Under the pieces are notes generated by a model. The model was not told the origin of the DNA. It ran no database searches and was given only the letters and a program-made list of their open reading frames with translations. Source: an archaeon (GTDB lineage: Archaea > Nanobdellota > Nanobdellia > Pacearchaeales > GW2011-AR1). From it: a DNA stretch of 64,000 nucleotides. Location of the stretch: contig JAJRTJ010000001.1 of the NCBI GenBank assembly GCA_024278335.1, positions 94,020-158,019 on the forward strand. The letters run 5' to 3'. Numbering within the stretch: position 1 is the stretch's first letter; every line of letters begins with the position of its first letter. Shown here piece by piece: positions 39,073 through 48,892 of the stretch. A program made the position numbers and the translations under genes.

Positions 39073-40173
39073 TTGATTTTAACAGAAAAATGCAACTCAG
39101 AATGCAAATATTGCTATGAAAAATCATTAAAAGAATTTGATAATGGTTTGCAGGAAAAGTTTGAATTTGATTTTAATATTCCTTGTGAAAGTAAAATAAA
39201 CATAAAAAAATTAAAGAATTTTCTAAAGCAGGACAAAAACCCTGTTTTAATTTTTTATGGAGGAGAGCCTTTACTAAATATTTCTAAAATAATTAAAATA
39301 ATAAATTCGCTTGGCAAAGGTGTTAAATATTGTATGCAGACAAATGGCAAACTATTAGATAAATTGCCTAAAAAATACATGAATCAATTTTCAAAAATTC
39401 TTATTTCTATTGACGGAGACAAAGAAAGAACAGATTTTAACAGAGGAAAAGCAACATATGAAAAAGTTATACAAAATATTAAATTAATTGGAAAAAATGG
39501 ATTTAAAGGAGAACTTGTTGCTCGAATGACAATATCTCAAGAATTTCCAGATTTATACCAGCAAGTAAAAAACATTTTAAAATTAAATTTATTTGATTCT
39601 ATCCACTGGCAGATTGATGCAGGTTTTTATAAAAATGATTTTAATAAAAAAGGATTTTCAAGATTTGTTGAAAAATACAATCAATCTTTAACCAAATTAG
39701 CTGGTTTTTGGATTAATAATATCAAAAAAGGAAATGTTCTAAAAATATACCCTTTTTTAGGAATCTATGACAGATTAACTCAAGGAGGAACCGGACTTCA
39801 ATGCGGAGCAGGAGATAAAGGCTATGCAATCACAACAAACGGAATTATAACTGCATGTCCAATCATGAATAATATAAAAAACTTCTATGCAGGGGATTTA
39901 AATTCTAATCTAAATCAATTAAAAAAATTTAAAATAATAGAACCCTGTGAATCCTGCAAATACCTGCAAGTTTGTGGGGGGAGATGCCTTTATTCTAATT
40001 ATGCAAAACTTTGGCCTAAACAAGGAAAGGATTTAATTTGCAAAACCATTAGACACTTAATTCATGAAATACAAAAACACTTGCCAGAAATAAAAAACTG
40101 CCTAAATAAAAAAATTATAAAAAAACAAGATTTTGAATTTGAAAAATATTTTGGACCTGAAATTATTCCTTGA
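39061..40173 (+). CDS. Radical SAM/SPASM protein (resembles the AF0577/TIGR04084 family)
   Basis: CNSECKYC, FYGGEPLL, QTNG, ISIDG, CGAG, TACP, CESC...CGGRC SPASM cysteines. Confidence 0.85.
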   Translation: MYWHLILTEKCNSECKYCYEKSLKEFDNGLQEKFEFDFNIPCESKINIKKLKNFLKQDKNPVLIFYGGEPLLNISKIIKIINSLGKGVKYCMQTNGKLLDKLPKKYMNQFSKILISIDGDKERTDFNRGKATYEKVIQNIKLIGKNGFKGELVARMTISQEFPDLYQQVKNILKLNLFDSIHWQIDAGFYKNDFNKKGFSRFVEKYNQSLTKLAGFWINNIKKGNVLKIYPFLGIYDRLTQGGTGLQCGAGDKGYAITTNGIITACPIMNNIKNFYAGDLNSNLNQLKKFKIIEPCESCKYLQVCGGRCLYSNYAKLWPKQGKDLICKTIRHLIHEIQKHLPEIKNCLNKKIIKKQDFEFEKYFGPEIIP

Positions 40174-40930
40174 TCTGAAAAACCTTCTTAAAATTCTCTT
40201 CAATTTGTTTTTCAACTTTTTCTTCAGACATATTCCAAATATTAGCCATTATTTTTATTGTCTCCCTTATATAAGCTGGCTCGCTCTTTTTTCCTTTAAA
40301 AGGAGATAAATAAGGAGCATCAGTTTCTGTCAAAATCTTTTCTTTTGAAACAAGCTCTAAAAGTTTTTGAAAATTTTGCATTCTATTTACTGAACAAGGA
40401 ATAGAAAAATAACATCCCTGTTGTTCTGCTTTTTTAGCCAATTTCATATTACCGCAAAAGCAATGAAGAATTTTCTTTAATTTAGGAAAATCTTTCAAAA
40501 CCCCTATAACCTCTTTTTCTGCCTTTCTTGTATGAATAATTGCAGGAACTCCAAGTTTTTCTGCAAACAAAAGTTGTTGCCTGAATAATTCTTCCTGCCC
40601 CTCTTTATCTTTTCCAGAAGAAAAATCCATTCCAATTTCTCCAATAGCAAAAACAGATTTCTTGTTTTTTAAAACAAATTTTTTCAAATCCTGAAAACTA
40701 TCTTTTATTTTCTTATTTGTTTCTCTTGAAAGTGCGTCTTGAGGGTAAAATCCAAATGCACATTTAACCAGAGAATATTTTTTTGAAATTTCCAAGTTTT
40801 TCCTGCAGGAATTTAAATCAACTGAATTTGAAATAACTGCTCCAATACTCTGTTTTTTTGAATTTTCAATTATCTTTTTCAATTCTTTCTCATTAAATAA
40901 ATCAAGATGAGCGTGGCAGTCATAAATCAT
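40163..40930 (-). CDS. tatD: TatD-family deoxyribonuclease
   Basis: DCHAHL, AIGEIGMD, IIHTRKAE, ILHCF, LTETDAPY. Confidence 0.92.
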   Translation of the reverse strand: MIYDCHAHLDLFNEKELKKIIENSKKQSIGAVISNSVDLNSCRKNLEISKKYSLVKCAFGFYPQDALSRETNKKIKDSFQDLKKFVLKNKKSVFAIGEIGMDFSSGKDKEGQEELFRQQLLFAEKLGVPAIIHTRKAEKEVIGVLKDFPKLKKILHCFCGNMKLAKKAEQQGCYFSIPCSVNRMQNFQKLLELVSKEKILTETDAPYLSPFKGKKSEPAYIRETIKIMANIWNMSEEKVEKQIEENFKKVFQIKE

Positions 40931-40931
40931 T

Positions 40932-41789
40932 TTAAGCTAATATTGCATAAAGAACACAGGCAATTATAACAATCGCTGCCAAGATGTTTCGTTTATCTAA
41001 TTTTTCTTTTAAGAAAATTCTTGCAAAAGCATAAACAAAAACTGGTCCTAAAAGTAAAAGCAAGGTTGTAAAAATAACTCCAAGCTGGATATATCCATAA
41101 TAGACCATTACTCTATAAAAAACCCAAAGCGCACCAGTAACAAATATCTGCCATTTAATTTTTGTGTTAATTGCAGAAAGTTTTGGTCTAAATAAGAAAA
41201 AAGCAACAATAAAAATTGAAAGACATCTGAGAAAATAAAAAGAAATTGGAGTATAATAATCAAGAATTAATTTTGTCAAAACCAATTCCAAGGCAAAGAA
41301 AAAACTCGCTCCTATTGCTGCAAGAAAATATTTGTTAAAATCAAGATGGTGCTTTTTTATATGTGAAAAAACCAGTGCAAGAGATGCAATTATGGCAGGA
41401 AAAATTACATTAAAATTTCTTTGAAATAATATTGTGCCAAAGATAAAACTAAAAACCAGTGCAAGAAGAATTGTAAATAATGGCTCTAAAATTATCGCAG
41501 GTTCAAGGGTTGTTATCTTCTCCCATTTGATTGCAAAAAACAAAAGAAGATTGGCTGTAAGTGAAGAAATAATAATTAAAAAAAAGATAAACAAATTTTT
41601 TAATTCAAATGCTTGTGCATCAAGTTTCCAAAAAAAGTAAATAAATGGAAGCATAACAATAATTGTTGCCAAAAAAGTAGCACTTACAAAAGTCTGAGAA
41701 TTAATTTTCTTTTTTCCTAAAATAATTTTTTCCATTAAAGTAAGAGTTGCAAAAGCCAATGCTCCAAAAATAGGGAGATAAATTATCAT
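40932..41789 (-). CDS. DMT/EamA-family transporter
   Basis: About 10 TM helices in two repeats, ending ARIFLKEKL. Confidence 0.8.
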   Translation of the reverse strand: MIIYLPIFGALAFATLTLMEKIILGKKKINSQTFVSATFLATIIVMLPFIYFFWKLDAQAFELKNLFIFFLIIISSLTANLLLFFAIKWEKITTLEPAIILEPLFTILLALVFSFIFGTILFQRNFNVIFPAIIASLALVFSHIKKHHLDFNKYFLAAIGASFFFALELVLTKLILDYYTPISFYFLRCLSIFIVAFFLFRPKLSAINTKIKWQIFVTGALWVFYRVMVYYGYIQLGVIFTTLLLLLGPVFVYAFARIFLKEKLDKRNILAAIVIIACVLYAILA

Positions 41790-41809
41790 TTAATGTCCGC
41801 AGTTCATTT

Positions 41810-42181
41810 TTACTTTTTAAGAATCTTTTTTATTTTTTTCAATTTCTCTTCATCTTTTTCCACATCTTTAGAGCCAAATTTATGCACTTCCTCGGCTGCT
41901 TTTTGAATAAGGTATTTTGTAGCTGAAGAAAAAAGATAAAAAGCCATTCCAATTCCAATAAACGGGAAAATCATAGTAAAAATTTTTCCAATTGTTGTGA
42001 CCGGAGCAAAATCCCCATATCCAATTGTTGTTACAGTTACAATTGTGAAATAAAGAGAATCAAAATATGACCACCCTTCAGCTCTATGATAAACATATGT
42101 CCCTGCTAAAATTAAAATAATAAATGCTAAAAAAGTAAACCAAAATCTTAGCACTACATCCCCTTTTTCTAATTTAGCCAT
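41810..42181 (-). CDS. Two-TM potassium channel (KcsA-like)
   Basis: DSLYFTIVTVTTIGYGD selectivity filter. Confidence 0.92.
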   Translation of the reverse strand: MAKLEKGDVVLRFWFTFLAFIILILAGTYVYHRAEGWSYFDSLYFTIVTVTTIGYGDFAPVTTIGKIFTMIFPFIGIGMAFYLFSSATKYLIQKAAEEVHKFGSKDVEKDEEKLKKIKKILKK

Positions 42182-42221
42182 AGGTAGTAATAGAAATTAA
42201 GGTTTAAAAGTTTTAGGAAAA

Positions 42222-42292
42222 TGCGCGGACCGGGAATCGAACCCGGCTCACATCGTTGGCAACGATGCATTCTACCAATAAACTACCCACGC
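42222..42292 (-). tRNA. tRNA-Gly(GCC)
   Basis: GCGTGGG/TCCGCGC acceptor, CATCG-TTGCCAA-CGATG, CCGGG-TTCGATT-CCCGG. Confidence 0.93.
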
Positions 42293-42396
42293 ATTAAATT
42301 ATTTACTGCTTAGAGTTTAAAAGTTTAATCAAATTAATAAAAATTCCTCAAACAAATAGTTTTAAAAATCTAAAATCTAACTTGTTTATATAAAAG

Positions 42397-42469
42397 GGTC
42401 CCATGGTCTAGTGGTTATGACGACTCGTTTACACCGAGTAGATCGACGGTTCGATTCCGTCTGGGACCA
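42397..42469 (+). tRNA. tRNA-Val(TAC)
   Basis: GGTCCCA/TGGGACC acceptor, ACTCG-TTTACAC-CGAGT, GACGG-TTCGATT-CCGTC. Confidence 0.94.
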
Positions 42470-42559
42470 TTTAGGAATCGAACTTTAGTTTATGCGAAGC
42501 AACTGCGTTGATGAGTATAGGGGAGAACTTTGTTCAAGCCCGATTCCGTCTGGGACCAT
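42452..42559 (+). repeat. 19-bp exact direct repeat of the tRNA-Val 3' end (att-like scar)
   Basis: CGATTCCGTCTGGGACCAT at 42452-42470 and 42541-42559. Confidence 0.85.
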
Positions 42560-42575
42560 ATTAATATTTTATTTG

Positions 42576-43694
42576 TTATGTAAAAAAATCTCCAACCTTT
42601 TTTTCAGCTTCTTTTCTTTTTTCTTTGTGTGTCTTTAAAAAAGCATTTATCTTATCAATCAGATATTTCTTTAATTCTCCTGTAAGCATTTTTCCAGACC
42701 GATAGTCTTCCTCAATCTTTGCTAATTTCCCATCATCTGGCTCAAAAAACATTTTCAAATATTGAAAACTAACATCAACATCTGGATTTCCTCCAAACTT
42801 TCTGTGTTCCTCAATAGTATCTCTTCCTCCAGAAAAAGTATATTTGTTTATCTTTCTAGCAACTTCTTTTGGAGAGTCTGTCATAGCAATATATGAAGTT
42901 GGATCAGAAGAAGACATTTTTCCGTTTCCTTTTAAACCAGGTAAAAATAAATTATAAGTTGAAGCAATAGGAATAAATTTGTGGTCCTTATTTCGTTTTG
43001 CCATATCTCTAGCTATCCTAATGTGAGGATCTTGATCAACTCCCACAGGAATAAAAGTAGGAACAGGTTTTCCCTCAAACTCTGGAAGCTGAGGATGATA
43101 CATATCTGCTGCCTGTAACAAAGAAGCATTCATCTTTCCAGGAGAAATATCTCCATAAACAGCTTTAAACTCATTAAAAGTTGCATAACGGGAAAAATTC
43201 GAAGCTAGCCGATAATAAGCATTTGCTTTTTTTGCATCGTCACTTCTCTCACTTTGAAAATAAAAATTAACTTTCTTTGGATCTAATCCCAAAGCAACAA
43301 AATTTGTCAAATATTGTTCTATTGCAATTTTCTTCAATTCCTCTAAACTCTTTTGCCGGGTATTATATGCCTCTAAGTCTGCAACAGCAATATAAATTTT
43401 AGCGCCAAGATTCTGATAAAAAGCAAGTTGCTGTCCAACCAACATATGCCCTAAATGAAAATCTCCTGAAGGCATCATTCCAGTCATCATAACAAAAGGT
43501 TTTTTGTTCTTAATTGCATTTAGAATAATTTCAAAATCTCTTTGCGCAAAAAAAACCCCTCTTCTAAATAAAACATTTTCCATAAAAATCTCTGGAAGTT
43601 TAGGCATCTTTTTTATTCCAAATTCTTTCATTAATCGGATGTAATCAATTTTCCCAAAAACATCCCAAGGAGTTACTTTAAATTTCTTTACCAT
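42576..43694 (-). CDS. trpS: Tryptophanyl-tRNA synthetase
   Basis: MPSGDFHLGH, QAAD, GVDQDPH, KMSSS, TFSGGRDT. Confidence 0.96.
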   Translation of the reverse strand: MVKKFKVTPWDVFGKIDYIRLMKEFGIKKMPKLPEIFMENVLFRRGVFFAQRDFEIILNAIKNKKPFVMMTGMMPSGDFHLGHMLVGQQLAFYQNLGAKIYIAVADLEAYNTRQKSLEELKKIAIEQYLTNFVALGLDPKKVNFYFQSERSDDAKKANAYYRLASNFSRYATFNEFKAVYGDISPGKMNASLLQAADMYHPQLPEFEGKPVPTFIPVGVDQDPHIRIARDMAKRNKDHKFIPIASTYNLFLPGLKGNGKMSSSDPTSYIAMTDSPKEVARKINKYTFSGGRDTIEEHRKFGGNPDVDVSFQYLKMFFEPDDGKLAKIEEDYRSGKMLTGELKKYLIDKINAFLKTHKEKRKEAEKKVGDFFT

Positions 43695-44700
43695 ACGCTT
43701 CTTTATACAACCTCTTTAATTTCTTTGATTTTCTAAACTTCTCAAGTAACTCAATTATCTCTCTTGCTACCATGTTCTTTAAGTCAAGAGGGTGTAATTT
43801 CTTCTCAACAAAATCTTTTTCTAATTCTTCATAATTAGAATATTCTAAATCTCCCCCAAACTTTTCAGGACGATTGACAATAATTTTCTCTTTTTTAATA
43901 AAAATCAAATATTTTAAAAGAGCCATTAACCCATTGTCAGGATTTCCTGCAATACACTCTGCCTTGTTTATCTTTGATTTAATCTTTTCTTCGCTCTCTA
44001 ACAAATCAATCTTGGTCCCTTCAATACTTGAACTCATTTTTTCTCCAATTAATCCTCTAATCATAGGATTCATTAATTCCACCCTTGCTTTATAACCAAT
44101 TTTAGGAAGATACTCCCGAGCATACATCATAATTTTCCTCTGGTCAACTCCTGCAAATTGCATGTCCACTTTAAGATATTCTTCATCAAGTGCCTGCATC
44201 AAGGGATAAACCATTCCTGCAAGCTTCACATTTTCCCCTACTGCACTTTTAACACCCTCTGAAGCTGCTTTCTTAGAATCATGCAGACTAGTCAAAGTAG
44301 TTAATTTAAGCAAATCATGAAAATAATCTTTATTTAATTGAATATCACTTCCTCTTACAAATTCAAGTTTAGAAACATCAACATCAATGGTTTTTAAAAT
44401 TGTTAAAATTGCTTCTTTATAATATTCGTATCTCTTATCCAAAATATCCCAATCAACACTATCTAAAGCTGCATGCAAATCTGCGATCAAAATTTTAACC
44501 CTTAATCCTGCTCTTAAAAAATCAGCAATTTTCATCATTGGAAAAAAATATGCAATAGAGATGCTCCCCGTAGGCATAGTCCCCCAATAAACAGAAATAC
44601 TCTTCTTAGACTTCACTAAAGATTTTAATTCGCCTTCTTGAACCACCTCCTGTAAATTACGGGTTATCAACTCAATTTTTTCATCAACACTTAATCCCAT
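43678..44700 (-). CDS. tyrS: Tyrosyl-tRNA synthetase (archaeal/eukaryote-type)
   Basis: YWGT.PTG, ADLHA, YPLMQALD, GVDQRK, KMSSS, LHPLDLK. Confidence 0.94.
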   Translation of the reverse strand: MGLSVDEKIELITRNLQEVVQEGELKSLVKSKKSISVYWGTMPTGSISIAYFFPMMKIADFLRAGLRVKILIADLHAALDSVDWDILDKRYEYYKEAILTILKTIDVDVSKLEFVRGSDIQLNKDYFHDLLKLTTLTSLHDSKKAASEGVKSAVGENVKLAGMVYPLMQALDEEYLKVDMQFAGVDQRKIMMYAREYLPKIGYKARVELMNPMIRGLIGEKMSSSIEGTKIDLLESEEKIKSKINKAECIAGNPDNGLMALLKYLIFIKKEKIIVNRPEKFGGDLEYSNYEELEKDFVEKKLHPLDLKNMVAREIIELLEKFRKSKKLKRLYKEAYGKEI

Positions 44701-44952
44701 AAATAATAAAAAGAATTCTTATTCTTAAAAGTTTCTAATTAGTTGATTTTAAGCCCTCATATTTTCAAAATAACTCTTCTCTGCAGGATACACTCCAACT
44801 CCCCTATATGTAACAAGAGGAAAATTCTTAAAAACTTCTCAAAAACATCTCTTAGAGGGGGCTCAACAACAATCCCCAACTACCCTATTCCTCACTAAAC
44901 AAAACAGGGTTCTTTTCAACAATTTTAAAAATCCTTTTTTTCTTTTATCTGC

Positions 44953-45507
44953 ATGAAACTCAAAAAGCCAACCATAATATTTATAATCCTTCTAATAATT
45001 CTAATCCTACTCTTTAATGCAGATAAAATGACTGAATCAAAAAACACAATCATAACTCTTGAAACAAATTATGGAAACATTACCCTCGAATTGTATTCAA
45101 AACAAATGCCGATAACAGCAGGAAATTTTGAAAGCCTTGCCAAAAAAGGAACTTATGATGGAGTTATTTTTCATAGGGTCATAGATGGGTTTATGATTCA
45201 GGGAGGAGACCCCACAGGAACAGGTTATGGAGACCCTTCAATTCCAACAATTCAGGATGAATTTACAAATACAGAATTAGACAAAAATAACAGAGGGACA
45301 ATCTCAATGGCAAATGCAGGCCCAAACACAGGATCTTCGCAATTCTTCATAAATTTAATTGATAATAATTTTTTAGATGGAAAACACCCTGTTTTTGGAA
45401 AAGTTATAGAAGGAATGAATGTTGTAGATACAATTGCAAAAGTCCCAACAGACTCTCAAGACAGACCTTTAAAAGAAGTTAAGATAATTAAGGCAATTGT
45501 AAAATAA
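44953..45507 (+). CDS. ppiA: Cyclophilin-type peptidyl-prolyl isomerase with N-terminal signal/anchor
   Basis: FHRVIDGFMIQGGDP, SMANAG..T.SSQFFI, LDGKHPVFGKV. Confidence 0.93.
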   Translation: MKLKKPTIIFIILLIILILLFNADKMTESKNTIITLETNYGNITLELYSKQMPITAGNFESLAKKGTYDGVIFHRVIDGFMIQGGDPTGTGYGDPSIPTIQDEFTNTELDKNNRGTISMANAGPNTGSSQFFINLIDNNFLDGKHPVFGKVIEGMNVVDTIAKVPTDSQDRPLKEVKIIKAIVK

Positions 45508-45546
45508 CACACAAAACTTTATAAAATAAAAAAGGCTGATTCTTTT

Positions 45547-45873
45547 ATGGAAAAAGACATTGGAAAAATAAAGAAAAACGACCAATCAGATATTGTAATT
45601 AGAATAGATGATTTTGGAGGAGAGAGAGGTCTTACAATTAGAGAATTTGTGACTTCTGACAGATATACTGGATTTACAAAAGCAGGAGTAAGAATCAAAG
45701 CAGAAGATTTTCCAGCTTTTAAAGAAATGATAAATTCAATTTCTGAAGAAGATATGAAAAACGAACTTCCTCCAGAACAAGAGACTTTAGACAAAACAGA
45801 ATTAGAACCTAAAGAAGATTCTGGGGAAAAGCCAGCAGAACAGCCCGATTCTAAAGATTTACCGGATTATTAA
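45547..45873 (+). CDS. PC4/p15-like ssDNA-binding protein with acidic tail
   Basis: IVIRIDDFGG...TIREF......GFTKAGVRI matches the PC4 fold pattern. Confidence 0.65.
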   Translation: MEKDIGKIKKNDQSDIVIRIDDFGGERGLTIREFVTSDRYTGFTKAGVRIKAEDFPAFKEMINSISEEDMKNELPPEQETLDKTELEPKEDSGEKPAEQPDSKDLPDY

Positions 45874-45975
45874 ATCGCAGATGCAACTATAAAGAGAAAG
45901 CCTATCAGGATTGAAGAAAACCAATCCCTTCAATGAAACTAATTACATCAAAAGCTTTTAAAAGAAAACATTCTA

Positions 45976-46332
45976 ATGAAATCCATGGCAAAAGAAAAAA
46001 AGAAATGGGTGACAATCGGGGCAATACTAATAATTCTTGTTTTTGCATTCATAGTTTTAAATAAGCACTCTGCACCAACTTCAGAAGAAATAGCAAAATG
46101 CATTGGGCAAAACTCCAAACTCTACATTCAAACAGGTTGTATTCATTGTGAAAATCAATTAAAACTTTTTGGAGAAAATCAGAAATATCTTAATATTTAT
46201 AATTGCATGGATGACAACTGGAAAACTTGCAGAGAGTTAGAACTCCTAGGCACTCCTACCTGGATAATTAAAGGAACAAAGTATACTGGAAAACAATCAA
46301 TTGAAAATCTTCAGAAATTAACTGGTTGTTGA
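45976..46332 (+). CDS. Membrane-anchored thioredoxin-fold protein
   Basis: N-terminal TM helix, GCIHC, GTPTWII, LTGC end. Confidence 0.8.
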   Translation: MKSMAKEKKKWVTIGAILIILVFAFIVLNKHSAPTSEEIAKCIGQNSKLYIQTGCIHCENQLKLFGENQKYLNIYNCMDDNWKTCRELELLGTPTWIIKGTKYTGKQSIENLQKLTGC

Positions 46333-46333
46333 A

Positions 46334-47041
46334 ATGGCTTCGGAAATATTTGGAATTGGAAAAATAACTGCCCTTGCTCTTGTTGATGCAATTAACCCTT
46401 GTGCAATAGCAGTTTTGGTTTTAATTTTAATTGCAATTATGACTGCAAACCCTGAAAAAAAGAAAAAAGTTCTATTCGGAGGCCTTGCATTTGTATCTGC
46501 GATATTTATCGGATATTTATTTTATGGAACAGTTATGATTCAGCTTTTTAGTACATTAACAGAAGCAACAAAATCAAATTCAATTTATATTTACAATACC
46601 CTTGCAATCCTTGCTATGATAATTGGAGCTCTTCAAATTAAAGATTATTTTAATTACAGCCCAGGAGGGCTTGCAACAGAAATGCCTCTTTGGATGAGAC
46701 CTTATTTAAAAATACTAACAAAAAGCATCACTTCAACTTGGGGAGCATTCATCATCGGATTTTTAGTGACAATTTTTTTACTGCCATGCACAATCGGACC
46801 TTATGTAATAGCATCTGGAATTATGTCGGAAATAGGAATTCTAAAGGCAATTCCTTGGCTGCTTTATTATAATTTTATTTTCATTCTTCCAATGCTAATA
46901 ATTGTCTTATTAATCTATTTTGGATTTTCAAAAGTAGAAGAAATTTCAGGATGGAAAGAAAAAAACATCAAAAAACTCCACTTAATTGCAGGAATACTCA
47001 TGTTTTTAGTTGGAATCTCTATTTTACTTGGATGGATATAG
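46334..47041 (+). CDS. CcdA/DsbD-like transmembrane electron transporter
   Basis: DAINPC and LPCT..PY conserved Cys pair, six TM helices. Confidence 0.8.
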   Translation: MASEIFGIGKITALALVDAINPCAIAVLVLILIAIMTANPEKKKKVLFGGLAFVSAIFIGYLFYGTVMIQLFSTLTEATKSNSIYIYNTLAILAMIIGALQIKDYFNYSPGGLATEMPLWMRPYLKILTKSITSTWGAFIIGFLVTIFLLPCTIGPYVIASGIMSEIGILKAIPWLLYYNFIFILPMLIIVLLIYFGFSKVEEISGWKEKNIKKLHLIAGILMFLVGISILLGWI

Positions 47042-47095
47042 TTGTCTTTCAAAGTAGTTATAAGTTTTTAAAAAAGTTTTATTCTTAAAAAGCAG

Positions 47096-48133
47096 ATGAT
47101 AATTGGATTAACAGGAACAAAAGCATCTGGAAAAGGAGCTGTTGCAGATATTTTAAAAGAAAGGGGTTTCACTTATTCTTCCACTTCAGACAGAGTTAGA
47201 GAAGAAGCAGTTTCAAGAGGAATCCCGAATTACACAATTAAAGAGCTTCAGGAAATCGGAAATGAAATAAGAGAAAAATTCGGAGAAGCAGAGCTTGTAA
47301 AAAGAACTTTTGCAAAACTCAAAGATGAAAAAAACATTGTAATAGACGGAATTAGAAATCCCGGAGAAATCAAAGAATTAAAAAAACACAATGCTACGAT
47401 TATTGCAGTTGATGCGCCACTGAAAACAAGATTTGCAAGATTAATAAAAAGAGCAAGAGCCTCTGACCCAAAAGATTGGCAGGGTTTTTTAGAAATGGAT
47501 AAAAGAGATAAAGGAGAAGGAGAAAAAAATTCAGGACAGCAAGTTTCTGTGTGCATCTCTCTTGCAGATTACAAAATAGAAAATAATGGGACAATTGAAG
47601 AATTAAGGGCAAAAATTGAGAATATTTTAACAAAAATAAATAAAAAAGTAGAAAAAAGAAAGGATTACCTCTCATGGGACGAGTATTTTATGGGAATTGC
47701 TGTTTTATCTGCCCAAAGAAGTAAAGACCCAAATACTCAAGTTGGAGCTTGTATTGTCACTCCTGATAAAAAAATTGTAGGAACAGGATATAATGGATTT
47801 CCCCTTGGATGTTCTGATGACAATCTCCCTTGGGCAAGAGAAGGAGAATTTTTAGAAACAAAATATCCTTATGTTGTTCATGCAGAACTAAATGCAATCT
47901 TAAACAGCACACAAAAATTAGATAATTGCACAATTTATGTAGCCTTATTTCCATGTAATGAATGTGCAAAAGCAATAATTCAATCTGGAATAAAAGAAAT
48001 TGTTTATCTCTCAGATAAATATGCAGAAACAAAAGAAATAAAGGCCTCAAAGAAAATGTTAAAACAAGCAGGAATTAAATTAAGACAGCTTTTTTTAAAT
48101 AAGAATAAAATTGAAATCATTTTCTCACAATAA
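47096..48133 (+). CDS. P-loop nucleotide kinase-like domain fused to dCMP deaminase
   Basis: [20 protein letters not shown], then WDEYFM, SKDP.TQVGAC, HAELNAI, PCNEC. Confidence 0.88.
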   Translation: MIIGLTGTKASGKGAVADILKERGFTYSSTSDRVREEAVSRGIPNYTIKELQEIGNEIREKFGEAELVKRTFAKLKDEKNIVIDGIRNPGEIKELKKHNATIIAVDAPLKTRFARLIKRARASDPKDWQGFLEMDKRDKGEGEKNSGQQVSVCISLADYKIENNGTIEELRAKIENILTKINKKVEKRKDYLSWDEYFMGIAVLSAQRSKDPNTQVGACIVTPDKKIVGTGYNGFPLGCSDDNLPWAREGEFLETKYPYVVHAELNAILNSTQKLDNCTIYVALFPCNECAKAIIQSGIKEIVYLSDKYAETKEIKASKKMLKQAGIKLRQLFLNKNKIEIIFSQ

Positions 48134-48199
48134 CTCCTTCTTTAACAAAAATCAAATTAGGACAATAATAAATAAAAACCATTAAACTGATAATTTTTT

Positions 48200-48892
48200 A
48201 TGTTTAATAGAAGAAAGGACTTAGCACAAACAGGCGTGCCAACAAAAGAATTATCAAATCGGGGATTTGTAGAAGTAAAATTTTCAGACCCACGTGGAAA
48301 AAACCCCTCTCCTGTAATGGCGAGGTTTGTCAGAGAATATGATAAAGATAATTCTGGAGAAAAAATTATAGTTTATGAGCCAGGAAAAAAAGAAGGAACA
48401 TGGGATTATAGAGGACAGTTTATAGAATCAGACCTGGCAATTATCCCTCCCAGAAAAACATTTTATCCAAAAAAACAAACCCCCCCAGAAGGAGTTCCTC
48501 TATCAGAAAAAAGAGGTTCTGCAATGAGCCTTCTTAGAAGATTGGAAATACAAAGAAAACAAGAAGAAAGAAGAATTTTATCAAAGATTTTTAATCAATC
48601 CATGGAAGAAATTCAAAAACCCTGTGTTGTTGCAGAAGAAGACCTAAAAAAAAGAGGATATATCTCCCACAATAGAATATCTGGATGTTATCTAAAATCC
48701 TATGTTTTAGAAGAAGAAGGGGAAGAAAGAACATATACGGCTTATTTTAGAGAAAGGGGGGATGGAAGATATGAACTTGAAAAAATAGTAGACAGGACAA
48801 GAGAAGTAGAAAAGAAACGAAGAGAACAAGAAAGAGTAAGAGCCGAGAGAATTTTAAGGCAAAGAGGGGGAGGGCTAATAACCCTGGATTAA
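48200..48892 (+). CDS. Hypothetical protein
   Basis: 230-aa charged ORF with a possible internal repeat (KRG.V/I...Y..E...E). Confidence 0.6.
   Translation: MFNRRKDLAQTGVPTKELSNRGFVEVKFSDPRGKNPSPVMARFVREYDKDNSGEKIIVYEPGKKEGTWDYRGQFIESDLAIIPPRKTFYPKKQTPPEGVPLSEKRGSAMSLLRRLEIQRKQEERRILSKIFNQSMEEIQKPCVVAEEDLKKRGYISHNRISGCYLKSYVLEEEGEERTYTAYFRERGDGRYELEKIVDRTREVEKKRREQERVRAERILRQRGGGLITLD

Noticed and set aside
44748-44900. Remnant minus-strand reading frame (GIVVEPPLRDVFEK / KNFPLVTYRGVGVYP) upstream of tyrS
   Set aside because: Needs two frameshifts to join and has no recognisable family.
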